Of a stretch of DNA of 64,000 bases, positions 31,073 through 40,214 are shown one piece after another. Positions within the stretch are counted from its first letter, which is position 1, and each line of letters begins with the position of its first letter. The position numbers and the translations under genes are program-made. This DNA is from a virus (taxonomy: Duplodnaviria > Caudoviricetes): IMG/VR virus record IMGVR_UViG_3300044694_000082, positions 32,001 through 96,000 of that record. The stretch is one strand, 5' to 3'. Under the pieces are notes generated by a model. It was given only the letters and a program-made list of their open reading frames with translations. It searched no databases and was not told where the DNA came from.

Positions 31073-31797
31073 GGCGCCACCCGCCCGTTCTTGTTGAAGG
31101 CCTCGTACGTCAGCGGCATGAGCTTCGCCCACTGGGCCTCCATCTTCTCGCCCACCATCTCGATCTCCCGCTGCGGGAAGGACGGCACCTTCGCGTCTGG
31201 GTGTGTCGTGCGCAGGCCCAGGAAGTGCATCAGCGAACGGGCGTTGCAGGTGGCGTACATGGAGGAGTAGATGTTCACCGGCAGGCACATGCGGGCGACC
31301 TCACGCGCCACACCGATGTCGAGGAGGCCGCGGTAGCTGTCGTAGGCGGCTGTGGAGAGCACCTTGAGGTTCATGTCGACGGCCACGGTCTGGGAGACGT
31401 TGCCGTCCTCGAACCGGTAGGAGCCCGGTTTGCCGACCTGGACGAGCTTGCGGCCGGGGCCCGGTATATAGAACACCGGTTCCATCTCCTTGTAGCGGCC
31501 GGACTCCTCGTTGTAGCTGAATCCGACCCGGTGGCGGTGGAACTCGCGGAAGACGAAGATCGGCGCCTGCACGAAGAAGGTCATCGAGTTGTGCTCGAAG
31601 GGCGAGCCGTGCCGGTCCCGCATCAGGTAGTTGATCAGGCCCTTGGCGCGGTCGCCGCCAGGATCGCCGTGCAGATCGTCGAGAGAGCCGCCGCCGAGCG
31701 TGGAGACCCGGGCGGCGGCGGTGACGTCGAGATCGGACGCGGTGTGCTTGACCAGTTCGACAGTGACGTCCGATCGAAAGGTCACGTGATGGCTCAT
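31069..31797 (-). CDS. thyX: FAD-dependent thymidylate synthase
   Basis: AARVS, HGSPFEH, REFHRHRVGFSYNEESGRY, REVARMCLP, NARSLMHFLGLR, PQREI. Confidence 0.97.
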   Translation of the reverse strand: MSHHVTFRSDVTVELVKHTASDLDVTAAARVSTLGGGSLDDLHGDPGGDRAKGLINYLMRDRHGSPFEHNSMTFFVQAPIFVFREFHRHRVGFSYNEESGRYKEMEPVFYIPGPGRKLVQVGKPGSYRFEDGNVSQTVAVDMNLKVLSTAAYDSYRGLLDIGVAREVARMCLPVNIYSSMYATCNARSLMHFLGLRTTHPDAKVPSFPQREIEMVGEKMEAQWAKLMPLTYEAFNKNGRVAP

Positions 31798-32309
31798 GCT
31801 GCACGCTCCAGCTCTGCCAGGTTGATAACGCCCTTGGGCCAGCGCATCGTGATGACCCTGGTGGTGTTGTAGTAGATCTTCCGGCAGCCGTCGCACGGTT
31901 CCTCGGTGACGAACAGCCGGGCGCCGGGCAGACGACGGCGGTCATCGACGTCCAGAAGCGCGTTCAGTTCGGCGTGGGTACTGATGCATGCCCCGGGCCC
32001 CGTGTCGTAGGAGGAGCCCGGCTCGACCGCCTCCGAGCACGGCCAGCGTCTGCCGCAAGCGCAGACGTACCGGCCGAGGGCGTCCGCTGATACCGACGCC
32101 CCGGACACCGGCAGGTAGTGCCGTCCGCGGGGGCAGTCCCCGGCCAGGCAGCTCTTGCCGCCTGGCCGTGCCCCGTTGTATCCGGCGCCGATGATGCGGT
32201 TGTCGACGTCGAGGAGGACCGCGCCGACCTGGCGGCGGGTGCAGTCGCCGCGTACCTTGACTGCCTCGGCGACGCCCAGGCCGTACTCGTCCCAGGAGGG
32301 GCGCGTCAC
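31794..32309 (-). CDS. dCMP deaminase
   Basis: RPSWDEY..CTRRQVGAV..GYNG..HAELNA..PCDGC. Confidence 0.93.
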   Translation of the reverse strand: MTRPSWDEYGLGVAEAVKVRGDCTRRQVGAVLLDVDNRIIGAGYNGARPGGKSCLAGDCPRGRHYLPVSGASVSADALGRYVCACGRRWPCSEAVEPGSSYDTGPGACISTHAELNALLDVDDRRRLPGARLFVTEEPCDGCRKIYYNTTRVITMRWPKGVINLAELERAA

Positions 32310-32317
32310 AAGGTGCC

Positions 32318-33451
32318 TCACTTCGTCAGGACCATCACCGAGGAGTGCAGGTACAGGTGCCGGTTGAGGGACGTCGATTGAACGTAGATCGTGTAGTCCT
32401 TGTTGAAGTCCGGCTTGACGGTGCGGTCTTCTTCGGGCAGGCCGAGCATCTGGCGCACGCCGTCGCCGAGGTAGACCTTGCTGGTCTTCTTGTCGAGGAT
32501 GGCGAGTTCCTTGTTGCCGCGGATCCGTTCGGTCTTGACCAGCTCGTAGTAGGCCTTGCCGACGTGGAACGGTGGGTGGACGCGCTGGATGAACGGCTCG
32601 ATCTCCATGTAGGCGACCATGGGCCGGTTGTCGGGCCTGCCCGCGGCGGGCTTCTTGCCTTCCGGCTTCTCCTGGACGAGGCCCTGGATGGGGGTGACGG
32701 GGACGATGGCGTACGCGTCCTTCGCCAGAGGCGTCAGCCGGGCCTGCTTGATCGTCGCGGCGCTGACCTGGCCGCCGACGGCGAATGCGCTGCGGGTGCC
32801 GCGGACGCCGGTGGCCGCGCGGGTGGCGACGTAGGAGGTGTACGAGGTCTTGATCTTCTCGACGGCCTGCTCCAGACCGGCTTCCGTGGAAGCGTCCCAC
32901 AGGGCGACGTTGTCCCTGGCGAAGCCGAAGCCGTACAGCTCCTTGGCCGACCGGGAATCCGGCGCCAGCCCCAGCATGGTGCGATTGTCGGGCAGCTGCG
33001 CGAACCGCTTCTGCATCTCCTCCTGCAGCACCTCGACAGGGATGCTGCCGAAACCCGGGTGCCGTCCGCCCCGCAGGCGGCTCGCGTTCTCGAAGCCGTC
33101 GGTGAGCAGGTAGTACGTCCAGTCGTGGGTGCCGTACTTCTCTGGCACCATCTCGGTGTCGTCGAGGGAGGTGTGGACGGCGTCCGCCATGGCCGTCATG
33201 CCCTTGATCTTGTACAGGCCCTTGACGCTGGGGAGCCGGAAGACGTCCATGTCCCAGACGTGGCATTCGACGTCGTCGGAGAAGGAGTAGACCGAGATCC
33301 GGGTCTCCTCGTTGTCCTCTCGGGACTTCTTCGCCAGGAACGCCACCAGATCATCGGTGACCTTCACGACCTTCTGCTGCAGGTGGCCCATCGAGCCGGA
33401 GGCATCCAGCAGGAGAACGACATGGTTGATGTAGTTCTGTTTCGTCGACAC
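32318..33451 (-). CDS. vWA (MIDAS) domain protein
   Basis: LLLDASGSM, T in GMTA, LLTDGFEN. Confidence 0.88.
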   Translation of the reverse strand: MSTKQNYINHVVLLLDASGSMGHLQQKVVKVTDDLVAFLAKKSREDNEETRISVYSFSDDVECHVWDMDVFRLPSVKGLYKIKGMTAMADAVHTSLDDTEMVPEKYGTHDWTYYLLTDGFENASRLRGGRHPGFGSIPVEVLQEEMQKRFAQLPDNRTMLGLAPDSRSAKELYGFGFARDNVALWDASTEAGLEQAVEKIKTSYTSYVATRAATGVRGTRSAFAVGGQVSAATIKQARLTPLAKDAYAIVPVTPIQGLVQEKPEGKKPAAGRPDNRPMVAYMEIEPFIQRVHPPFHVGKAYYELVKTERIRGNKELAILDKKTSKVYLGDGVRQMLGLPEEDRTVKPDFNKDYTIYVQSTSLNRHLYLHSSVMVLTK

Positions 33452-33537
33452 GGTGTCGTGCCTTCCTTGTCGGTGATGCAAGTGGTGCGGTGGCCGGATC
33501 CTATGCCCGACCGGGTTGACGCGGCACTAGGGCGCGC

Positions 33538-34635
33538 TCAGTTCCTCGGCAGGATCGGGGTGATGATGTCCTGGGCGATGCACCATCCGCAGGACCCGCA
33601 CACGCAGCCCGGCGCGTAGCCCTGGTTGAGCACGATCTGCTGCTGGTACTCGGTGATCAGGCGGGCGTGCAGATCGAGGTAGCTCTTGAACCAGCCCCGC
33701 TCTTCGGGGTCGAGGTCGTCGAGGACTTGCTGGGTGGGGTGTTTCATGTGATCTCTTCTCTCACGTCGGCGGCGAGGGCGACGGCCGCGGGGCCGACCTC
33801 GTCGGGGAACATGTCGGCCAGGGCGATGACGCGCTGGCAGAAGTCGTTCTCGTTCAGCTGGTAGATCCGCGGGCGCGGCCCCCAGGTGGCGAACAGGGTG
33901 AAGGTGATCCAGTAGCAGCCATAGCCGACGCTCCAGTCCACCTCCCAGTCGGGGCCGATGATCCCGGCCGCCTGCCACTCCCGCATCACCTCGACGTAGC
34001 CCTGCCGGACGGTCTCGTCGCCACCGGGGATGACGCCAGTCATCAGTCCTCGCTGGGGATGGTGAACCAGCCGGGTCCCTCGACGATGTCCAGCCCCAGC
34101 CGGTCCGCGGTGTCCCGCAGGTCGTCGTTCCAGCGGTCGCGCTCGAACTTGCTGGCGTTGGGCTTCTCGCCGGAGTGGAAGACGTACTCACCCGGCACGA
34201 CGCGGCTGCAGCTGATCGCGAGGAATGGCATGTGCTTGCCGTAGGCACCGGCGCGGAAGATGCCGGGTGAGCCGTTGTTGAGGCAGTGCCCCGGGTCTTC
34301 CTCCAGGGCGTCGATGTTGTGCAGGGTGTCGTCGGCGAGACGTACGCCGTAGATCGTGTAGACGATGGTCTCGATCAGCCTCCCCCCGAAGACGGCGTTC
34401 TCGGTCATCCGGGCGTTCCGGTAGCGCTCGTACGCGGTGATGTCGCTGGTCTCTTCGTGGCTCATTAGGAGAACTCCACTCCGCTGTGGGGTGTCTGCTT
34501 CAGGTCGCGGATCATCTTGACCAGGTCATCCACGTCGGACATGACGCGGCGTGCGTCGCTGGCCGGAATGAACTCCTCGACGATCTCAGCGATGGAGTTG
34601 CGCAGCTGCTGTACACGATCCTGCTTTGCCGTCAC
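33538..34635 (-). other. hypothetical genes (33538-33747, 33744-34043, 34043-34465, 34465-34635)
   Basis: Coupled ORFs. Confidence 0.6.
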
Positions 34636-34868
34636 GCCAGCTCCCAGTCGTCGGCGAGGAGGTAAGGATCGAGCATGACGAACGGGCTGATCTTGCCGTC
34701 GCTGCGCATGGCCATGATGGACGGCATCCACCCGTCGCGGTCCTCGTAGTAGAGGTAGATCCAGGTGGCGAGGTCGATCTCCTCGCAGAAGTCGGTCAGC
34801 TGCGGCCAGCCCGCCCGCCGCACCCTCTCACCGTTCTTCATCGCCTTGATGGCCCAGCCGATGTCCAC
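34632..34868 (-). CDS. DUF2829 / Tad2-like protein
   Basis: MDIGWAIKAMKNGERVRRAGW..P.I.M...DG.I.P....LLADDW pattern. Confidence 0.75.
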   Translation of the reverse strand: MDIGWAIKAMKNGERVRRAGWPQLTDFCEEIDLATWIYLYYEDRDGWMPSIMAMRSDGKISPFVMLDPYLLADDWELA

Positions 34869-34869
34869 G

Positions 34870-35139
34870 TCAGTGCTCCGGGATGATGACGTCGGAGTCG
34901 TCGAAGATCCGCACGACCAGGACGACGAGCTGTCCGGCGTGGACGCTGTACTCGATCAGGATGCGGGAGGTCAGCCGGACCTCCCGCCAGTCGCCGCCGA
35001 GCGGGTGGGAGACCTCGGTGAAGGGGTCCTCACACAGGGCCTGGATCCCCTTCTCGAAGATCTGACGGCGCTCCGGGGGCAGAGCGTCCCGCTTGGCCGC
35101 GGCCTGCTCGGTGTACATGACGGTGTAGGTGGTGTTCAC
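34870..35139 (-). CDS. RelE/ParE-fold protein
   Basis: YTVMYTEQAAAKRDALP..LCEDPF..S.PLGGDWREVRL..ILIEYSV..LVVLVVRI. Confidence 0.7.
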   Translation of the reverse strand: MNTTYTVMYTEQAAAKRDALPPERRQIFEKGIQALCEDPFTEVSHPLGGDWREVRLTSRILIEYSVHAGQLVVLVVRIFDDSDVIIPEH

Positions 35140-36783
35140 GCTGGCCCTTCCTCGGGTGCCACTTCCATGGACAGAATGCTATTGACCGACAGCAGGGCAC
35201 CCTGGTCGTCCGTCTTGAACAGGGTGACCTTCATCGTGCGCCACTCCGGGTCGTCGATCTCGAAGTGCTCGGTGACGTCGGCGCCGTCAGGGAATCCCAT
35301 GATGAAGTCGTAGAACTCCTGCGGCACGAGCCACGGTTTCTGCTCGCTCAAAACAGCTTCTCCTGGTCTCCGCAGTATCCTGGCTCCCCGGGCTGCGGCT
35401 GGTGCAGTGCCCACGATCCGCTGCAGCTGCGCAGCTCGGGGTCCCGCTTGGGGGGATCGTGCCGCCAGATCCGCCCGGCGCGGGGTGCGATGGCGGTGTC
35501 TCGTTTGCAGACGGGGCAGTTGGTCCTCGGGTAGCTCATGGCTGCAGGTTCTGGACGATGTCCTGGGCCGCGGCGTGCATGACGTCGGCCGGAACGAACA
35601 CGGCCTGCTCGTCGTCGCCGATGCTGGCTCCGTGCTCGGCGAGTTCCTGGGCCGTGACGCGAGGAGCACGGGGCGTCTTGCCGATGACGAGGTAGCCCCC
35701 GCTGGACAGTTCGAGGACGTCTGGGCAGGTCTGGCCGGTCGTGCTGCCCCGCTCGGCCGGGGAGACCCCTACACGGCGAATAATGGTCACGTTGACTCCG
35801 TTTCCTGGTGGCAATTGCAGGCGCACAGCACGCCGGTGAACTTGTTGTTCAGGCGGCACCGGTCGTGCATCTTCTTCTTCCACGACGACAGTTCGTCCAC
35901 GTGGTCGGGGTGGCGGACGGCCGCCGACTGCAGCGCTCTGGCCGTCTCGCACGCGGTGGAGAAGTAGGGCCGCGGCACGATCATGCCGAGGATGTGGTCG
36001 GGGAGCTGTTCCTCGGTGCTGCCGGGCGGCGGCGGATGCTCGGTGTCGGCGATCTTGATGACCACTTCGGCAGTGCGTTTCCATCCCACCCAGTTCGGGT
36101 GGCTGGCGTCCGGGAGCGGGTATTTGTGGTCGTCACCGAACACATAGTTGAAGTCGTCGTGAGCGATGGCAGTGGCGTACCGCATGAGTCTCTGTTCGCT
36201 GATCATCAGGTGTTCTCCACGATGAGGTAGATGCCGCCGATCACTCCCCAGACGGCGATGGCCATGATGGTGAGCCCGGCGGCGAGGGTCCGGCCGATCG
36301 GATCGCTGAGGATCCCGTTGATCCAGATGGCGGCCACGATGACGATGAGGAGAGCGAGGATACCCACGCCGGTCCATGCGACGATCTCCATCAGTCCTCT
36401 TCCTGGTGCAGGACGCCGTAGGTGTAGGTGCAGTCCGGGTTGGCGGCGAGACGCGCCATCGCCACGCCGCAGAAGCTGACGGGCACCCACTTTCCCGCCT
36501 TGGGCTCCGAGCAGGTGTCGCAGACCTCGGCGGGGACCGTGTGCCGGTGCTGCCAGCGCACGTACATGGGCCAGTGACGTTCCGAGGGTTCGAATGCGCA
36601 CCGGTCGAGGGGTGCACCACAGTCTTCGCAGCGCATGTGGGCCGTGTCGCAGGGGGCGGCGCAGATGCTGCGGTCGAAGGAACTGCCACCCTGATGCGGG
36701 CAGTTGACGGGGATATGGACCTCTTCGAGGTTGCATGCCACGTAGTTCAGCAAGCCGTCGAGGCCCGGGGGGCGTTCGGTCAT
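35136..36783 (-). other. hypothetical genes (35136-~35350, 35348-35539, 35536-35790, 35787-36206, 36206-36391 membrane, 36391-36783)
   Basis: Coupled ORFs. Confidence 0.6.
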
Positions 36784-37205
36784 GACTCTTCCTTGTCGGG
36801 TAGTGCGAGCAGGACGCGCCTGCGGTTCACGGAGCGGATCACGCCGCGTCCTTCGAGCCGTGCCAAAGCATTGCGCAGAGTGGGGCGTGTGGTGCCGAGT
36901 TCGGCGCACAGCGCATGCTCGGAGGGGATCTGGTCTCCCGGCTTGAAGCGGCCGGAGCCCAGCAGTTCCCCCAGCCGTACATCGAGGGGACGGCGGTCTC
37001 CTGAGCCGGTGACGAACCAGCCGCTGCCCTGGACGGGCTCGATGATGCCGTCGGCCCGCAGCAGACTCAGTCCGGCCCGCACGGTCTGACGGCTCACCGC
37101 GTAGCGTTCGGCCAGTTCGGGCTCGACGGGCAGCTGATCGGTGATCTCCCCGCGCTCGATCGCCCCGCGGATGTCGTCGTAGACGCGGCGGTAGACCGGT
37201 GTCAC
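36780..37205 (-). CDS. GntR-family regulator with two tandem wHTH domains
   Basis: LPVEPELAERYAVSRQTVRAGL..G.G.FV and IPSEHALCAELGTTRPTLRNAL; no effector domain. Confidence 0.88.
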   Translation of the reverse strand: MTPVYRRVYDDIRGAIERGEITDQLPVEPELAERYAVSRQTVRAGLSLLRADGIIEPVQGSGWFVTGSGDRRPLDVRLGELLGSGRFKPGDQIPSEHALCAELGTTRPTLRNALARLEGRGVIRSVNRRRVLLALPDKEES

Positions 37206-37365
37206 AACTCTCTCCCTACCTGTAAGACACGTATGGATATCTTGGCGGACTCCAGCGGTACCGTCAATGCTGAGCAAGTGATGTGCGTCACACCCTATTT
37301 GTGTCTTGTAATGCCTCAGTACACTGGAAGCGTCAGCTCCATCATGGAGTCATGACCCACGCCGA

Positions 37366-37400
37366 AAAGCCCCACAGGACGCCGACTCCTGTGGGGCTTT
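37366..37400. terminator. intrinsic terminator, probably bidirectional
   Basis: AAAGCCCCACAGGA..TCCTGTGGGGCTTT. Confidence 0.75.
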
Positions 37401-37412
37401 CGTCGTTGCTGT

Positions 37413-37718
37413 TCAGCTGTCGTAGGTGAGCAGGTCGCCGGGCTGGCACTGCAGCTCCCGGCAGATCGCCGCCAGCGTCGTCAGCCGGATGAAGGTGACG
37501 TCGCTGTTCTTCAGGCGGGAGAGATCCTTCGCCCGGATGCCGATGGCGTCCGCGAGGGCCACGTTGGTGACGTTGTGCCGGGCCATCAGTTCCGCGAGGT
37601 GGATACGGATGGGCGGCGCTGTCGTGCCTGGCTCCCCCTCGTCGAACGCCTTCTTGATCTTTTCGGGGGCTTCGTCCTCTTCGTAGAAGTCCCGGGCTCG
37701 CTGCCGGTCCATCGTCAT
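37413..37718 (-). CDS. Xre/Cro (YozG-like) HTH regulator
   Basis: IRIHLAELMA..LADAIGI...LSRLKN....IRLTTLAAICRELQCQPGDLL. Confidence 0.88.
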   Translation of the reverse strand: MTMDRQRARDFYEEDEAPEKIKKAFDEGEPGTTAPPIRIHLAELMARHNVTNVALADAIGIRAKDLSRLKNSDVTFIRLTTLAAICRELQCQPGDLLTYDS

Positions 37719-38254
37719 ACGCCCTTCTCCAGCTCCTCGTAGGCGTGACGGGCCTTGTGGTGGATACGCCCCATGGTGGACACGATGGCGGACCCCAGGA
37801 GACCGATCAGGATGGCGGAGTTCATGCCCGTGTCGATGCTGTGCCGGTAGGCGTGCCACATGTGGTGACCGAGAGCGATGGGTGCCACCATGGACAGCAA
37901 GAGGGCGGTGAAACCGCTGCCCACCAGCCACTTCCCGGCCTTCGTCAGAACACGTCCGTCCTTGGGCGTGATGGGGTGCGCACGGTTGGCCGCCACGTTG
38001 ACCTCGATGCGCCACAGCGCGTAGCTGGTGTACGCCAGGGCGGCGCCGATGATCGCTGTGGGCGCCACCGTGGCGACGAGCGCCTGCCAGGGCATGGACA
38101 CGCCGGTGGCTGTCAGCGTGTATCCCGCGGGCATCAGCGGCATCATCCACAGGAACACGTGCTCCATGCGCTTCTCCCTAAACCACCGCTTGCTGCCCAC
38201 GGGCGCGGGCTCATCGGTGAACCACTGACGCTTGGTCGCCGGACTTCCTGACAT
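37715..38254 (-). CDS. 4-TM membrane protein (DUF2975-like)
   Basis: Four hydrophobic segments, ..ELEKGV end, coupled to YozG-like HTH. Confidence 0.6.
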   Translation of the reverse strand: MSGSPATKRQWFTDEPAPVGSKRWFREKRMEHVFLWMMPLMPAGYTLTATGVSMPWQALVATVAPTAIIGAALAYTSYALWRIEVNVAANRAHPITPKDGRVLTKAGKWLVGSGFTALLLSMVAPIALGHHMWHAYRHSIDTGMNSAILIGLLGSAIVSTMGRIHHKARHAYEELEKGV

Positions 38255-38299
38255 AGCTGTCCCCTCAACTTCCTTGTCGTGCGGTGCTGATGCATCCAC

Positions 38300-38345
38300 A
38301 GTACCCCATCGCATGGGGTACTCACACCATTTCTTGGGTTACCCA
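38300..38345. promoter_or_regulatory. palindromes in the divergent early/late intergenic region
   Basis: AGTACCCCAT-CGC-ATGGGGTACT (38300-38322), TGGGTTACCCA (38335-38345). Confidence 0.5.
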
Positions 38346-38381
38346 CACCATCTGTGGACTTCCTCGGCAGGAGACCACCCC

Positions 38382-39002
38382 ATGAGCGACGAGCTGTCCT
38401 TCGGCGAGCGCCCCCTCATCACCGACGAGGACGACGATTTCCTTCCCGCCGAGAGGCCCGACGGCTACCCCGCCTACCACAACTACAAGCGGGACAGGGA
38501 AGCGGTCCGCCTCAAGGCCATGGGCTACGCGCCCGAGGAGATCGCCGAGAAGCTCGGCCTCACCAGCGACCGCGCCGGAGGCCCCGACCCCCAGCGCGCC
38601 ATCGCCGCCATCAAACGCGGCACCGCACTCCTGCACACCGTCGCCACCGACGAGAAACGCCTCGAACAGCTCCAGGCCTACGAGATGATGAAGCGGCACA
38701 TCTGGGAGTCCATCGACAAGGAACACGTCCTCGTCCAGCAGGGCAAGGTCGTCTTCCAGGACGGCGTCCCCGTCGAGGACCGCCGCTTCGCCCTCGAAGC
38801 CTTCGACCGGCTCAACCGGATCGAGGAATCGATCTCCAAGCTGCTCGGCACCCACGCCGCCCAGCGCTTCTCCGTCGAGGCCGACCAGCTCGGCTCGGAG
38901 ATCAGCGAACTCATCGCCATGATCAACAACACCGACACCATCACCGCGACCACCGAACGCCTCGACCGCCCGGCCCTCGAAGCAGGAGACGGCGATGCTT
39001 GA
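38382..39002 (+). CDS. putative terminase small subunit (HTH)
   Basis: AVRLKAMGYAPEEIAEKLGL HTH, ..IEESISKLLG; first gene of the rightward module. Confidence 0.6.
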   Translation: MSDELSFGERPLITDEDDDFLPAERPDGYPAYHNYKRDREAVRLKAMGYAPEEIAEKLGLTSDRAGGPDPQRAIAAIKRGTALLHTVATDEKRLEQLQAYEMMKRHIWESIDKEHVLVQQGKVVFQDGVPVEDRRFALEAFDRLNRIEESISKLLGTHAAQRFSVEADQLGSEISELIAMINNTDTITATTERLDRPALEAGDGDA

Positions 39003-39809
39003 GTTCGGCCGTCTCGCAGTGATCTCCGAGGGCCTGATGGACATGATCCGCGACCTCGAAGCCCGCTCCAAGAACCGGATCGACCGCGGAGAGATACCCA
39101 CCTTCGAAGCAGGCTTCATGCTCGGCCTCACCGCCGCACACTCCCTCATCAAGGGACTGACCGTAGACGAGACATGGTCCGTCATCGACCGCCTCAACCA
39201 GCTCTGGCTGGACTACGAGCAGGAAGCAGGACGAGCATGAGCGAACAGTGGATGCGTACCGTGTGGGACGCCACTGTCGACGACTGCCTCACCGGCCACG
39301 ACGACTGCACCTACGGCGGTATGACACCACAGTCCGGGTACTGGCTCGCGGCCGACGGATGCACGCGTCTCCATGATGAGCGGTGCGCCTGGTGCCTGGA
39401 GGCCGCCGAGACAGGTTTCTCCGACTGGGCGCCCGACGGCTTCTCCATCTACCGCGTACCCGCCTGCATGTCCTGCGCGCTGCAGTGGACGCAGATCGAC
39501 CCGCGCTGGAAGAGAGCCACCGTATGAGCGACGAACTGCCCGACAGCGAGTTCACCCCGCTCAACGAGAACGCCGTACGCCTCCACGAGCTGTACCTAGG
39601 CTGGATCGAAGCGGGCTTCCCCGAGGAACGCGCCTTCGACCTCGTCACCACGACCTGGCTGAACTACCTCGCGGACGACTGACATGTCGACAAAGACACC
39701 TGAGCAGAAGCTCGCCCGGCAGATCCAGCGCGAGACCGGCGAGAAGTACATGGTCTGCCTGCGCATCGCCCGCGCCCGCATCAAGGCCGCGGGCAACTGG
39801 GTCGCCTGA
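38995..39809 (+). other. four small genes (38995-39240, 39237-39527, 39524-39682, 39684-39809)
   Basis: Coupled plus-strand ORFs. Confidence 0.6.
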
Positions 39810-39893
39810 CACACGGAAGGGCCGCCCCCACCGGTGCGCAGGGACGGCCCTCACCTCAACGAGTTCCTCACTACTGGAACACCGCGGAGCGTA

Positions 39894-40214
39894 TCACCGC
39901 TTCCGGCGGTAGCAGGGGAGCGTCCACACGATCGAGCGGCGCGTCTTGTCCTTCTGCCGCCAACCCGCGTACATGCTGTCCCGCATCCTCTCCACCGTCG
40001 AGGAAGCGCCGGTCGGCAGGAGCGCGTAGTGCCGGTCCGGTGTCCACCCCATCCTGATGAGGCAGTCCCCGATCTCCGCCCCGGGGAACGGCTCCAGGTC
40101 AGGGTCACGGTCCCGGTACAACAGCTCGCAGATGTCGGTGCCCTTCACCCGCAGGATCCAGTCGTAGTTGTTGTTCACGCGGACGTAGGCGGTCCGCCAC
40201 TCCAGCTCGCTCAC
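39894..40214 (-). CDS. hypothetical protein coupled to the recombinase
   Basis: GTGA overlap, GGAGGGG RBS. Confidence 0.55.
   Translation of the reverse strand: MSELEWRTAYVRVNNNYDWILRVKGTDICELLYRDRDPDLEPFPGAEIGDCLIRMGWTPDRHYALLPTGASSTVERMRDSMYAGWRQKDKTRRSIVWTLPCYRRKR

Noticed and set aside
31794-33266. 490-aa ORF as a large deaminase fusion
   Set aside because: The N-terminal part is an off-frame shadow of the vWA gene; the real deaminase starts at GTG 32309
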